DNA of 64,000 nt from positions 24,444,628 to 24,508,627 of the forward strand of contig OZ037767.1 of the NCBI GenBank assembly GCA_964035545.1. Direction: 5' to 3'. The stretch comes from Bugula neritina. Its lineage: Eukaryota > Animalia > Bryozoa. A model generated the notes under the pieces. That model ran no database searches and was not told the DNA's origin. It saw nothing but the letters and a program-made list of their open reading frames with translations. Made by a program: the position numbers and the translations under genes. This document shows positions 1 through 14,500 of the stretch, piece by piece; the first letter of the stretch is position 1; each line of letters starts with the position of its first letter.

Positions 1-3000
1 AGAATCCCTTCGAGGAACTGATCGAGTGCATGATTAGTGTAGCACACAACCAGAATAGGTCTTCTCATCACAGGAATTGACGTTTCAAAATTTATCAAAA
101 AGTCAACTACAATTAAATTAGAGAACAGTGAATAAAAGCTATAATTGTAAGAGATCATTTAGAGACTTCCCATTTATCTCTAAACTACTACTATATGCAA
201 AACATGACATATGATACAGTAACAGAGATTGGCTAGAATTTGCCCCACTTAATGAAATAACATCCTAGAAACTGTGATAGCAGAATTCGAATTAAAGGAG
301 CTGGGGAAATGCAACAGAAATTGTAACTAGGCAATACATTATAAGTGCAACTATGATTATGGTTGTGCACTGCAGCTCTCCGTTTATACTACCATGCTGT
401 TTTTACGATTCTAAATCTGTATATTATGCATAATGACTGGGAAAACCAAAAGCTTAAAGCTTACTATCAACAACACGCCTGGTGTACAGATTGTCAAGAA
501 GAGTCTTTACAATCTTCAAGCCAACAAAAGTTTTTCCTGTTCCTGGAGGGCCTACAAATAATACCCATTACAGGCTAAAAAGCTTGTACCCAAGGCTAAA
601 TAAAATTCATTACAGGCTAAAAAGCTTGTACCAAAGGCTAAAAGGTACGTATAAAAAGCGTGATTATTCACACTATTTTATATTTTACAGCAAATGTTGA
701 AAATAGTACAACCAATACTTTCCAATTACATTGTCTGGCATCAGCTAACACTAGAATCAGACAAAAGCGCACACCTTCTTATATATAAAGCAGAATATAT
801 TGGCTATCAGTGGTAGCCAATATATTGTTTCAATAGTAGCTGACCACTTTATCTACAGACTAGAAATACCATGTCAGCCAATCAAAAGACATAAAACACC
901 TTCTCCTTCCTTATCCCTCGATTACCTTGAATAACTGCAAACTCCTGAGTAAGAGCTGAAATATAAGCCTCCAGCTGTGATTGGTTAAGACCTAGAGTTT
1001 CTTCACAAATCATAGACTGGCTTTCAATGTCTTGGTCAAACTTTAGTTGTATTCTCCCACCACTCACCACGTCCAATTGATACTCAAAGGAAATGTCTTT
1101 AGTATATGCAGGCATGGCAATGTTGGTATCACAACTAAAACATATATTGTTGCTATATTTTGATGATGACAGCTGTGTAGCGTCATGCTGACATAACAAT
1201 AGAATCACACATCACCTCGACTAGTTCCAATACACAACTTTATTAAACCTTGATCTTGAAATATGTGCAAATGGAAGATAGTTGCTTACAATTATATATA
1301 ATATGAAAGTTAGAATATTCAACATTTTACAGCGCTTGAACTTAGAAGACAAACTTCTGTTAATAGTAATTATTACCCTTTATTGAAACACTGTAGCTTG
1401 GTTTTCATTTGAATGTCGTTCATAGACTACTTTATCGTAATAAAAATTTCCACATTTCAAGATTTCAACATAGTACAAGAGTTTTGAAGCTTGCCATAAC
1501 ATTTTTGAAGCAACAAAAACAGAGTGTAGAACTCTACCTGACAATATATCGAGAGAAAGGAAAGACAGACTGCTCAATGTTCTGCATTCCCTTCAGTATA
1601 TGGATATAAGACTCAAAATAGGCCGTTGACTCCACGACTGTGAAAGGTCCATACTTGTTTTCCAACGTATCGTACACTTCCTGAGACTCTGGTATAAACT
1701 GCACCTCTATTGTACCTTCTGAAAACAGAGAGAGCGTATAACCCAGCAATTATACGTACTGGCATTCTTAGCAACAAAAAGGTGGGTTATTTCTAAGTAG
1801 CTGAACTAAACTTTTTACCAATTCAATGGGAAATGACAAAAATTGCTAAACCTTTTTTGAGTTTTTCGGTTTCTCTTTCAGATATAGTAGCAAAGAGAAA
1901 ACTTTTTATGAAGTCATCCAAGGATAGGCAAAGCAAAGATCCATAGATCAGTCTTTTTGATGATTCCCAATTGGTTCTTTTAAATATCTTGTGACTTGTG
2001 TTAATTCTACAAAATAATATAAAACAGTTGGGTATAACACAGTCAAACCGCACAATTCACACCTTGTTGTGTGTGTGTGTGTGTGCATGCGTGTGTGTGT
2101 TTGTCTTCATGCAACAGCAGACAAATGATGTATGGTAATGTTTATTTACTGCTTGCTTTATTCATCATAGATAACAGTTGAGCAAATGGCGATTGCGACT
2201 TTGAATATTTGGTGTGAATTCACTTGGCTTCTTATCTTAAGTACACGTGCACTACTTACAGTACAGTGTATGTACGCTACTTACTGTACGGTGCACGTAC
2301 GCTACTTACTGTACGGTGTATGTGAACTACTTACTGTACGGTGTGGGTACACTACTTACTGTACAGTGCACATACGCTACTTACTGTACAGTGTACGTCA
2401 ACCCGTCTTTTCGAAGGTTTGGTGTTGTAATATGAAAGCCGTGGTACACTTTGATGTCCCCAGATCTAAAATGCCCGGCATTTGTATTCTGGTTTCTCCT
2501 GTAGTCTTTGATACCATTGCGGAGAGTGGAAATAAAATCCTCCCTAAGAAGTCTAAACTGTATGTCCAGGTAGTCGTGTACACTCTCAAATGCTGTAAAT
2601 ATAACAAAGTATATATCTTAACATAACTCAATTAGCCAACAAGAAACTTGCATTAAACAGATTGCATGAATGCAAAATGTCACGTAGCTTCAATGCGTAA
2701 TTTACATTTCAGTAGCTCATTTATGCGTGTGAACCAAGAAACTGGCTAAGCACATTGCCCAGCGTTTGGGATCAACAACTCAAACGAAAGTGAGCCAGTT
2801 TACTTCATTTAGTACACACCAACAACTTATGACCTAACATTAAAGTTTGCTCAAAAGCAATTGAAATTTACTATACATGGTATTTTCATGTGCTGGTCTT
2901 AACTAGCATAACAGAATAGGCTGAGAGGGGATTCCCCAACATTAAAGCACAGGTCATTGTCTTATGCACTTAATATTCTATATGTGCGGACCCGTTAGGA

Positions 3001-5526
3001 AAAGACCGTAACGAAATTAGCTGAATAATTAGGGAAAAACATAGGAAATGAAGCAAAATTAAAAAGAACTTTGATTATTTAGGTGTATTTATTGATGTTT
3101 TACTAGTTTTGGCCAAAAAACCATGTTCATTACCAGCTAAATTGTGTAAAATAGCCAAAAACTGAAGATATCCAGTGTGCACTAAATTAAGTAAAATGAC
3201 CCAAGTAAAAAACATTATGCAGACTACATCTATAAATAGCAACAGGAATGAATTTATAGTAGTTTCAGCAAATACCCAAAATATTCAACTCACCTCCGGC
3301 TTCTTTGTTTTTTCGAATACGAGAGACAACTTCTAAATCTTGGACTTGCGGATAAACGGAAATGTCCCGGAAATCGTCATCAGGTCTCTCTTCTGTCAGC
3401 ATTCGACCACTTTTCTTTTGCCTGTCAGCCCTTCACCAAGCAACAAAATACATAATATTAGTTTTGACAATAAATGATTTTGATTTAGTTTTTGGTTAAA
3501 TGATAAGATATTTCAGAATAACTAATTCCACTACAAAAATCCTAATAGAATGATGTGAGCAACTGACTGCAAATTGTCTGACCTGCATAGATTTGTACGA
3601 GTAATGCAGTATATTTACAAGCCAAAAATAACATAGTACATACTGGTACACGCATGGTGTATATTGTACATTTTACATACTGTACAGTGCACATGATGCA
3701 GGTTAAACACAAAGTCTTGTAAAAATAAACAATATGATGAAACCTATGATGCTTTCCTCAACAAACACACCTTTCAGTAACTTCCTTTTGCTCTTGCTCA
3801 CGTCTATCATTAGTCTCAACAACCTCAGAAAACTTCTTGCAAATTGGCTCCAGCTGTTTGATACCGTCCTGGTAGGCCTTGCATTTCAGCATCATCGTGA
3901 GATTCTTCAACCCCTTCATCAGCTTCTTGTTGGCAAAGAGGTCAAGCAAGCACACCTCATAGTATATTTCCAAGTAGTCTTCTAGAGAAGTGCTCAGCTT
4001 TTCAATGTCGTGTGTAGAATGAAGGCCATCAGCAAATCGCTCAATACAAATCTAAAAAAGTACACAAATCCAGTGAGACTAAATATTACCTGGAAATCTA
4101 GTAAGCTGATCAATTTCAAGTATTGCAGCGTAACCGTTGATAATGGAAAGTACTGAACACCTGTTTGTAGCGTCAATGTTGACATTTTTCACAAAACCAT
4201 AAATCAAGTTTTCCTGACAAAAAGATGAGAATCCTGACAAAGGATGAAAATCCAGATAGGAAAAAAACTAAGACGGCAGCAGTGTTCAAGTTGAACAATT
4301 TTTTCCTTGTAAAATATTTTGCATACAATAGAAACAAAAGAATTTCTTATCTGTTCTTTAAATCAGAACACATCAGTGTAGGAAACATCTGTTCAACCAG
4401 ATGTTGATAAATGTAAAATATGTACCTTGTTTGAAACTATACCGGTTTACTGAGTCTGAAAATGGTAATTGACAAATGAGGTTGCATCTTTATGAAGATG
4501 CTTCTTACCTTCTAAAAGAAGCTTTTAGGATGGCGTTTCAAAAATTCCTTGTTTGGTAGCACAGAAGTATTGCATAAAGTGAGTATTGATGCATGACAAG
4601 AAATGCTATCTGTCAAGTTTAAAATATCACAACAAAATAAAGTCAAGTTAATTACCTTTTTGAGGAAGTTTTCTTGTTTTTCCTTCAGCAACTCCGCCAC
4701 TAGCTGCTCTTTATATTCTCTTAGAGAAGGGTCAGCCTCAAATGACTTCTTCAATATTTTCAGCATCATGTCAATCCACTCAGGTTTCTCCTCGACATCC
4801 TGTTCACCGGCCAGTAACTTAGAAAAAGCCGGAGACGTGGCAAACAAAATTGAATCTCTCGCATTTGCCTCTACCTTTTCAGCTAACCTTCAACATAAAA
4901 CGTTCCCACACTGAACATATAACACTGATTGAATCAAACTAACTGATAGTCAAGATAAGATCAAGCCTAAATAGGTCAGGAAGCAGTGGTCTAGGGGTTA
5001 GAGCGCTGGCTTAGTAAACCCGAGGTCATGGGTTCGATTCCCAGTCAAGGCCATTGGTGATGTTAGGAAAAACATCCAGTCATAATTTCTCCTGTGCCAC
5101 ATATAAATAAGTCCTTAGCCTTCTTTAAAAAAACCTTTCCTATCAGCCAAGTTTCTCGCAGGGATAGCGCTTATAAACTTGCTTGAGTTTTTATAAAGCA
5201 TGAATAGATTGCTTATAAAATAATAAGTGATCTGCACATCTTAGTTTTGAAATAACATTAAATATTAGGATTACAAACTTTCGGAAACCAATCTTTATAT
5301 CTTCGGATCTAGTAGGTCCAGATCTTCGATGAACATCTCCTCTATTGCCGCTTTCTCTGCCACCTCCTCTACCACGGTAGCTTGATCCACCCCTACTATC
5401 ACCACTCCTTGACAAAACATGTGACCCATCTCCACCTTCACTTGTAGGTCTACTTCCACCTCTACCTCTGCCTCTCCAGTGACCGCGACTACCACGACTA
5501 CGAGACACACCAGATGATCTCTCCAT
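1..5526 (-). CDS. ZNFX1: NFX1-type zinc finger-containing protein 1 (SF1/UPF1-like RNA helicase), 5' part; multi-exon, continues beyond left edge
   Basis: Hand-spliced exons (approx. 5526-5279, 4887-4656, 4051-3771, 3430-3293, 2593-2385, 2007-1852, 1716-1538, 1134-925, 551-471, 106-<1) give ZNFX1 hallmarks in order: [87 protein letters not shown]|[15 protein letters not shown] (Walker A), [19 protein letters not shown]. The exon near 4440-4510 is unresolved. Confidence 0.93.
568..642. repeat. Short direct repeat (2 copies, ~41-bp period) in a ZNFX1 intron
   Basis: TTACAGGCTAAAAAGCTTGTACC(C/A)AAGGCTAAA occurs twice. Confidence 0.85.
2245..2397 (-). repeat. 25-bp minisatellite (6 copies) whose unit contains the ZNFX1 splice donor
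   Basis: Plus-strand CTTAC (minus GTAAG) at 2255, 2280, 2305, 2330, 2355 and 2380. The copy at 2380-2384 is the donor that closes exon ...DGLTYTVQ. Confidence 0.9.
4978..5192 (+). mobile_element. tRNA-derived SINE, copy 1 (ZNFX1 intron, antisense to the gene)
   Basis: A-box TGGTCTAGGGG, B-box GGTTCGATTCC, Thr(AGT)-like anticodon loop, then a ~130-bp body (GGTGATGTTAGGAAAAACATCCAGTC...) shared with three other copies in the window. Confidence 0.88.
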
Positions 5527-6769
5527 TCAGCATTTACTCAACTTCAAAGACTAACTGAGAAAGCTTTTAGTCACCTGCAAGCAAAAGCAAAAACCTCTTA
5601 GTTCGATACAGATCAGGGATATGAAAACTTTAATTTACAAAATAAATATTGTCAGGGTTATTCATCAAAAAAACCTGCAAGCTTAACTGCAAGAGCAATT
5701 CAACATTCCTTAAAAAAGCTGTTCTAACACCAAATTCAAATCTACACAGCTTTATAGCAAAGACTAACTTATAGCATTAATACAGTAATTCAAATTTGTG
5801 AAATTTCTTTATACAAAAATAAATGCATCTCTGTTTATAAACGATTTTATTACTAAAATTTAACTAATTGGGTGACAATCAAGGCAAGTAGAAGAGTAAA
5901 AGTGATAGGCAGTGATTGAACAAACCAATGGTTATGGAGATCGACTAGCAGCATCTGCATCCCAAATTAGATCAAGTGCTAAAGTGTAACTAAGTTTGTA
6001 TTAGAAAATTAATAATCAAAATGAATTGGCTAGTTTATCACCATGATAACGATAATTTTAATAAAACGTGTAATCAAATCGTAGCAGTAATACTCATGCT
6101 AATACTAATAGTAGTAGCTACAACATGAATAAAATTAGATATAATATTCAAAATTATTTCAAGTTTAACACTTCAAGTTTAGTAATAATACTAGTTTTAC
6201 TAATATTACTTATTAGTATTACTATAGATAAATTTGATGGTTAAATTTAGGACTTAGCTATTTGAGACCCAGTCTATAATAATATTTAATAAAAAAAACT
6301 AGCAGTAGTTTTAATTTTTAGTACGATTAGTTTAAAAATTTACAGGCTTGTATAACTATAAGCATAGCCAATAATTTAACGTATAAAATCAATTTGAATT
6401 TAACACAAATAATAAATTAAAATTGCAACTGAGCAGAAGCAGGCTTAGCTTAGTTTAGTTTAATAGTAACACAGGTATTACTATTAGTATTAGTTAAATT
6501 CAGTTTCACATAGTGACATTGTCATTGTAATTATGATACTGATGAACGATAGTGATACTGATGGTGATACTGATAGTCATACTCATTCAGTCATACTCAT
6601 TGTCATTGTGATTAACTTTAAGAACTCCTACGGCTACAGCTACTAAAAGCGGTAACACTAACTAACTCACTAGTAGTAGTAGTATTAGCTAATTGCAGAT
6701 TAAAATAAGATCTAGAAAATATTATTGGCAACCAGTCAGCCAACTGTCAATTATTAATTCAATGCAAGG

Positions 6770-6930
6770 TTACTGGAATAGATTGATTCTGACGCTGCGC
6801 TACTATCTTCATGATGGCGATGCCACCGATCTAGAGTTTGTTAAACTTGGGGATTCCCCATCTGTTACAAAAATCCCAACCACATGTGTAGCACGTAAGG
6901 CGTAATAGCAAAGATTAAAGGCGCGCCTGC
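6770..6930 (-). promoter_or_regulatory. Putative ZNFX1 promoter and first non-coding exon, with NF-kB consensus site
   Basis: Locally CpG-richer patch; donor-like CCA|GTAACC near 6770; GGGGATTCCCC at 6849-6859; 5' UTR acceptor near 5576 upstream of the ATG. Confidence 0.5.
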
Positions 6931-8507
6931 GCTTTTTCACAGTAATTCTGTCTGCAATGACAATTTACGAGCAACTTTCTTTTACGAGCTAAACACACTA
7001 ACATTAAAAGTATAATGACAACTATCAATTGAATATTTTTAGTTTGCACACAGAAATGAAGCCAATGCAAGCACACTTGTACTAGGCATTTAATATTACT
7101 ACAGCCATTAAGATATACTGCAATTCTATAGCTATATATTAGGTTGAGTTTGATTGTGAATAACATGGGTGTGATTAGCTTTTAACACACACCCATTATT
7201 CTCATTTTATTTGTATATTCTTGCCAGATTAATGAACTGTTCAAATGACTTGAAACCAAGTAAATAATTCGATAGAGCTTTTTATTTTTATAATAATAGC
7301 AATGATAATGAATTGTCTTTATTGAAAAGGGCCTGTTGTATATCTGCATGCAAGATACAAGGATTGCATGCATGTAAAATGTTGCATAGAAGTGCTGCAA
7401 TGAGTATTTTATATTTAAAACATATACAACAATATATGAAAAATGTCTTTCATAATATATAACAATTTTTATAACTTAGTAATTTAATTAGGAGAAATAA
7501 TTATTGTCTTCAATAGAAAGAGAATATTCAAAAAACTTTACAGTTGATGCTGCATAATACTAAAGCAATTTGATCAATATTAATAGAATTAACATTATTT
7601 TCAAATAAATTTAAACGACTACATTAAATCATAGAATTTGTGAGCTTTATAATATAACTTGATAAAATTGTTTCATTGGTAAATCCACTATGTCTATATG
7701 ATTTAATATAGGACTGTCTGCAAGTTCAGTGTAATGCGTTTAGTGTAGTGTGTACAGTGTAGTGTATACAGCATAATAGTATAATGTATTACTTCTTTCT
7801 CTTGGCTTACACTAAAACATCTTGAGCTTCAGTAAAAGCGTGTACTGGTATACTCCTACATGCGTCGTCATCAATACAAATTAATTTACACTAGTTTATA
7901 GCTTTTATTACAAAACTTATGCATAAAATCTGCAACTAGCACTTCATTCAGTAATCACTTTGAATAATATTGCTATACAAGTTATATATTATAATTGATA
8001 AACTATAAATACTACTTCATTAGCTGAGAAGCAAAAAGATATGAGATCAATAGGCAGTAATATGTAGTTAGGTAACATAATAGCTAGAGCTCAATGTATT
8101 TAATCACTTTTAAATATAGGAAGATGAGGGGACAACTACCAATTGAAGTTATTCACAAATATTACACTCACATTACACAATGCGATGCAGTACATAATAA
8201 CTTATATAATATGTAATATGAATATACTTAGGCTGAATATACCATCTCATCAATTTCGTATAAAAAAAGTAACCAATTGTTTATTGAACATAAACTGTGA
8301 ACTGAAACCTAACACAATATTCGACTGAATATGTAATAATACAAGTATTATCAATAATTGATCTACAATAAAAAACTATGTAACCTGTCATATTCTACAG
8401 GTAACTTAGATGATTCAATATAAATGTAATATGATATCTGCACATAAATTAACATGGGTTCACATAATGTAATAAAAAGGAGAGAAAATATAAGCCTTCA
8501 AGTGCAC

Positions 8508-11500
8508 TCAGTTAGCTTTTTGTAGTTTTCTTCTCATAGATTCTGGGAAAACGTCTATCAAAGCTGCCTCTTCAATCATTGACACATTCCTTTACAAAAA
8601 AACTTAACATTGTTAAAACAATTTGTAAAATAGTCTAAATGGGTAAAGCAGTAGAAACATTAGGTACTTTGAAATTTACCAAATTATTCAAAAGAACAGA
8701 ATATCTGCCTATGAAAACTAGATGTCTTAGAGCACAGAATAGCAAAATTGTTTCAACTATGAGTTTACCATTGCGATGTTGCAATTTCAAAAACCTCATA
8801 TATTATAGTAACTTACCTCTATATCAGTATAGTATAATAACTTACCTCTATATCAGTATAGTATAATAACTTACCTCTATACCAGTATAGTATAGTAACT
8901 TACCTCTATATCAGTATAGTATAGTAACTTACCTCTATATCAGTATAGTATAATAACTTACCTCTATACCAGTATAGTATAGTAACTTACCTCTATATCA
9001 GTATAGTATAGTAAATTACCTCATGTAACATTTATTAGTCTTCACCAGCTCGTTGTACAATATATACTGAGGTTTACACTGGAACAAAGCAGAGGAGGGG
9101 TGGATGCACACGCCTTGCCCACCTATCACTAGTTTATACTGATTGTTTATCTGTAACTCAGCTATGCTCTGAAAGTAGCCAGTTAACAAGCTCTTCCTGA
9201 TTACCTAAATGTGACAAAAACATACAAATATTATTCCAGAAACTACAAGTTTGATCTCTGCAAACTTTGTCAAGCTGAGAGAAACAATACCGAGATTTTG
9301 GAAAATTACTTGATGACAGAAATTTTTATTTCCCAAAGTTTAAAGAGGCCCTCTACAGTCTAAACTGTCACTTCACTGTAAATAGGCGCAGTAGTAATAT
9401 GACTAACACTAATATGAGTAGTAGTAGTGGTGGTAGTAGTAGTAGCATTAGCAGTAAGAGTAGCAGCGACAGTAGTAGTAGTAGAAGTAGTAATAGTAGT
9501 AGCAGTAGCAGTAGTAGTAGTATGACTCACATAGGTGTTGGTGCCAGAAGACAACATGGATGTCAAATCATTTTGTAAACACAAATCCTTCAACTGTTTT
9601 CTCACTTCTACAGCAGATTTCAAATTTCTTTGATTGAGGAAATTTCTAGAACACCATTCCTGCAAATACACATTCATACTAAAACACCAGAATTGTAGAT
9701 CTCCACACAATATTGCATGACTAAGCATAAATACATGGGTGTATATGAGGTACAAGTCAACAGCTAGTATAAGTTATCATCCCTTGCAGCTCAGCAAGAA
9801 ACTAGGATGGTCAATTCACAAAATAGAATCAAGAGCGGAAAACTCTGCTCTCAAAGAGTTAGCTTATGCAAGGCAGCAAATTAGAAGGAAATAATTCAAA
9901 AACTTTCAGCTTAACTTTCACTGAGACAAGTATACAGGATAGAGGTTTAAAGTTTGAAAGAGTAAATCACGGCGGCTACTGCTTATCTGAACAAGCTTTG
10001 ATGCCACGGGTAAATTACAGTTTCTGCAACTGCATAAAAGAGAAAACTGCAAATGTGGCAGTTAAAAAATTGATCCTTCATCTAGTGCTTCAAAATGCAA
10101 AATTACTAAAAAAATATAATAACTTGGAGATAACTACAAAGTTTCAAGCATTGTCTTTCCAACTAAAGATGTTACAACTTTTAAATTTAAGTGAACCGAT
10201 AATTATTCTAACAGGCTATTGTTGTTGATACAAGAAAGGTTTGAATCATTGAAAGCATTGTTCGTCCAATTAAACATGGCAGTGAAAAAGCAAAGCTGTT
10301 GCAACATTTAAATAAAAAAATACTTAAATTGCAAAGTAAAATTCAAATTTTTACAAAGATTAAAAACTAACAGCAAATATTATAAAATATTAACACAAAT
10401 AAAAGATTAACAAAATAAGTTGCCAGACCTTCGAGCCGCCAGAACCTTTGAAAGACCTGTACACATTTAGCAGTGTTAAATGGTCACCTTCTGAGTGTAA
10501 AAACTTTCTATGAGCTTCTTGATATTCTTGTTCCTGTGTGATACATTAAATACTAGAGGAGAGATAGATAGAAAATACATACAATACATACAACACATAT
10601 CACAATACATACAGTACACTAAACTACATACAGTATATACCATATGTTAACAACTACAGACACAGTATACAGAAAAGCAGAAGTTTACCACTTACATTCC
10701 AATAAACTTGATTGCTAACGAACTCATAATTTACATTTAAAGTTGTGCCACACATGATTGAATTTTGAGTTGAGTTCTCAAGATTATTATTTCAGAAATT
10801 ATATTTAGTAGACATCAGTATACAGCACACTTAGCACACCATATACACTAGTAAATATTAGTACATACCTTTGCCCTGTTGGTTACAAATACTGTGTCAA
10901 CAGAGAGCATTGCAATAACAGATAGTACATCTTCTCTAAAATATAAAGATTAGTTATAGTCATGAGTTACAACAGAAACTGATAGCAGCTACCAACTTAG
11001 ACAACACGGAAATAGCAAGTAACGACACCAAAAGCATCTACTACAATGTATACGCAAATATTTGTACTTACAGTTTATTGAAATTAATTTGAAAACAAGA
11101 AGATTGATCAGTTAAAAGCACAACATCTACTAGCAAAATTTATTTGTGAATCTCTAACTTGAACTAGTATTATCAAGTAGTTGATAATGTTATACACTGT
11201 TAGACAAACCATTTACAGTTAAAGAGTTTAATCAAATGTTTAAAAAGATTGCTTGGGAGACTTACAGACATCCGTTAGCGTGAGACGAAATGAGAGCTTT
11301 CGACATGCGGGGATCCACAGGAAATGCAGCCATTTTCTTTCCCAAATCTGTTATTTGATACGATTGGTCGGATTTCTCACTAACAACAGCACCGAGTATT
11401 TCCAAGAGCTGAATGGCACCGTCAACAGACTATGTTAAACAAAAAAGAAACAAGTTTTGACTTTTTTCATTTTTGTTCATGCTTACTTATATTATAGCCA

Positions 11501-14500
11501 GTAGTTACACTGAATTTCGCAACGTGTTGTCATGTTTGTGATATGCAATCAATCAACCAATCAATCAGGATTTAAGAAAGCCTATTATATTGAGAAACTC
11601 TAGGAAATTTCTTGAAATAATAAAATTTAGACTTAGATTTCGACCCAACTTACTTCGGAGGAAGGTTTGTCCATGAAATCAAACTTCTTAATGTCACTCA
11701 CACCTAGAGCAAAGAGTTGTAAGACAACACTAGCCAAATTAGACCTACAACCACAACAAACATTTCAAAATTATTTTTCAGAAAGATACCGAAAATCTTA
11801 GCCGTTTACTAATGAATAAATATTATGCAATATGCTAATAACCTTGCACCAGTAAGTCACTTTGATTGGCCACTTACAACGCTGGTTACACAGAGATTAG
11901 GCCATGTGATCAGGTATCTTAGCCTGAATTCCAAAAGCTCATCAATTCACATAATTATCAAAAAAGGAAAAGTTGCTGGCTATCAGGTTTTGCATTTTAT
12001 ACTAAGACAAATGAGCTAATGAGAGTACACTGACAATGGTGATTGTATGTCATACCAGGGTCTGGCTAGGCAGATACTGCATATAGTACGAGTAATTTCC
12101 CCATAGGTAAAATACTGACGATATTTTACATATACTTGTATTTCTATATGAAACTAACGAGTATGTTAAGAATTACACAAAATCATACAATGCAATATAA
12201 ATGTTTAAGTTTATTTACTTCAAAGTTTTTGCATATTTGACTTTCGAACTATTCAATTTATTATCGAAATTATTCTAATTACAAGATGCAGTAGGTTATT
12301 CAATACATTTCAAATCCAAACATGCAAGAAAAGCATAATGTTGACTAATTTATTTATGTGTTGTTTGATGACTATAAAAGCAAATAAATGAAGTTGTACT
12401 ATTTAAATTAACAACTTTTCATTATATTGCAAATATGCTTTATAATAATATAATTTTTATACTCCGAAACTGGCATAGTTCCCTAAAATATGTGCATTCA
12501 ATGTTTCTATATTACAAAGCCACATACCTCAATATTTCAGGAGTTGTATTATCCTGGAAAGAGTCAAACTCTTGCTCTGTGTAGAGTCTGTAGCAAGAAC
12601 CAGCGGACACTCGTCCAGCTCTGCCAAGTCTCTGCCATGCCTGGGCCTTAGATATCCGAGACACTTTGAGTACGTCCAGTCCACTTTTGGCATTGTATGA
12701 CCTGTTAAGAAAAGGTCTCAGTTGCAGAAAATAATGAAAAAATATGTATAATAGCTTAAATTTTAATGTATAATAGCTTTAATTTAAATTTAAAGAAACA
12801 AATAAATATTAAGGGTTGTAGAAAGACTACGCTTCACATTGCATATAAACTTACAGAATCTGCTATTGGCTCAACTAATGCTGGGAAACATTGGTGAATA
12901 GTTTTGTTGAAAGCCAACTTACTTTGATTTCACCATCCCAGAGTCTATGACGTGTTTGATTCCGTTGATAGTGACAGATGTCTCGGCTATGTTAGTAGAC
13001 ACTATGCACTTTCTACAGTTCTATAAGTCAAAACTCAATTTTATCAATGAGTCTAGGTCAGCTATAATTAGACTAACACAATTAGAAAATAAGTATGCAG
13101 TATTAACATCAGCTGTGAAAATCCCAACTTGTTTGTCAGAACTAAATACTTAGGTTGATAATGAATAAATACTATCAATTTTAAGTATTGGCAAGGTTTA
13201 CAATAATAGCTATAGTTTACAGCAGAATTATCTCCACTTGAAAGATTATCAGTTTATTCAGCTCCCGAGTAACAATTCTGGTATCAAAGACATTGGATTT
13301 AAAACAAAGAATAAATTTAACTAACTAAAAACTGCAAGTGAAGGTCTAAAATCTAGCATTTCAAATATCAGAGTTAGTTTGGTGAAGTAAAGGTCTGTAG
13401 TATATACAAGAGTAGACAACTCTAAAGAATACCAGCAACTAATGGACCAGATCAATTGTATGATCACTACATTCAAGTATCAACTCTGGTAAACAGCCAA
13501 TACGAAGCAGTCTTACCTGAGGGGTGGAGCTAAACACTTTAAGCTGCGCATCAGAAGGTAACTTGGAGTACATAGGACTAATGAGAAGCTGTGGACCTGC
13601 AGAATAGCGAGTATTATGTATTAGTATACAGTAATGAGAGAGTGAGAACTTCACACTTGTTGGGGTCATTGAAACAGTTAATTTAATACGGAGTTATGTG
13701 CTTTCTGCTATAAATGGAGCCATAATTATTGTACTTCCTGTCAATAGTTTTGCTGCTTCGTATTACAAACCTAATTCTATAGTATAAGTATTATTCTATG
13801 TGAGACAGAGTAATACTCAGTGTGCTACAGAGTAATACTCAGTGTGAGACAGAGTAGTACTCTATATGAGACAGAGTAATACTCAGTATGAGACAGAGTA
13901 ACACTTTATGTGATACAGAGTAATACTCAGTGTGAGACAGAGTAGTACTCTATATGAGACAGAGTAATACTCAGTATGAGACAGAGTAACACTTTATGTG
14001 ATACAGAGTAATACTCAGTGTGAGACAGAGTAACACTCTATGTGAGAAGGAGTACATGAATCATGTAACACTAGCAGTCATCAGGGTATTTACATTTAAA
14101 ATTTAACCAGCTGTGAGTAGTCATGAACTGGCTAGCCCACAGCACACAGTAGTATTTATTAACACCAGAACACATAATATCAACTCAAAATACTGATAAA
14201 ATAGTATGCCTAAAAACACCAACTTTGTTGAAAGCATTAAACCCATGATGGTGGATATAAGCTCACCACCTTATGGTATATAATAGTGTTTGAATATCTT
14301 ATACCTTGAATACCGCGTGACACCTCTCTCAACGTCTTCACCACCGACTCTATCTCTTCTTCTCCAGTCAGGAATATTAGAATATCTTCTCTAAAGTCAT
14401 ATGACATGTTATGTATGACCAAGACAAGGTAGTATAATGAACTTGCAGATTTAAAACCAATATTCAAAAAACGGAAAGCATGATAAAGGAAAGCAGCCGT

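Noticed and set aside
470-482. GC-AG intron in ZNFX1 (CAG|GCGTGT)
   Set aside because: A canonical GTAAGC donor a few bases downstream gives the phase required by the next exon.
4978-5055. tRNA-Thr(AGT) gene, and similar heads at 24760 and 30935
   Set aside because: Stems are imperfect, and each head is followed by the same SINE body; two copies have target-site duplications.
13790-14048. CRISPR-like array (also considered for 8803-9022 and 26372-26637)
   Set aside because: Head-to-tail repeats without unique spacers, no cas genes, eukaryotic context.
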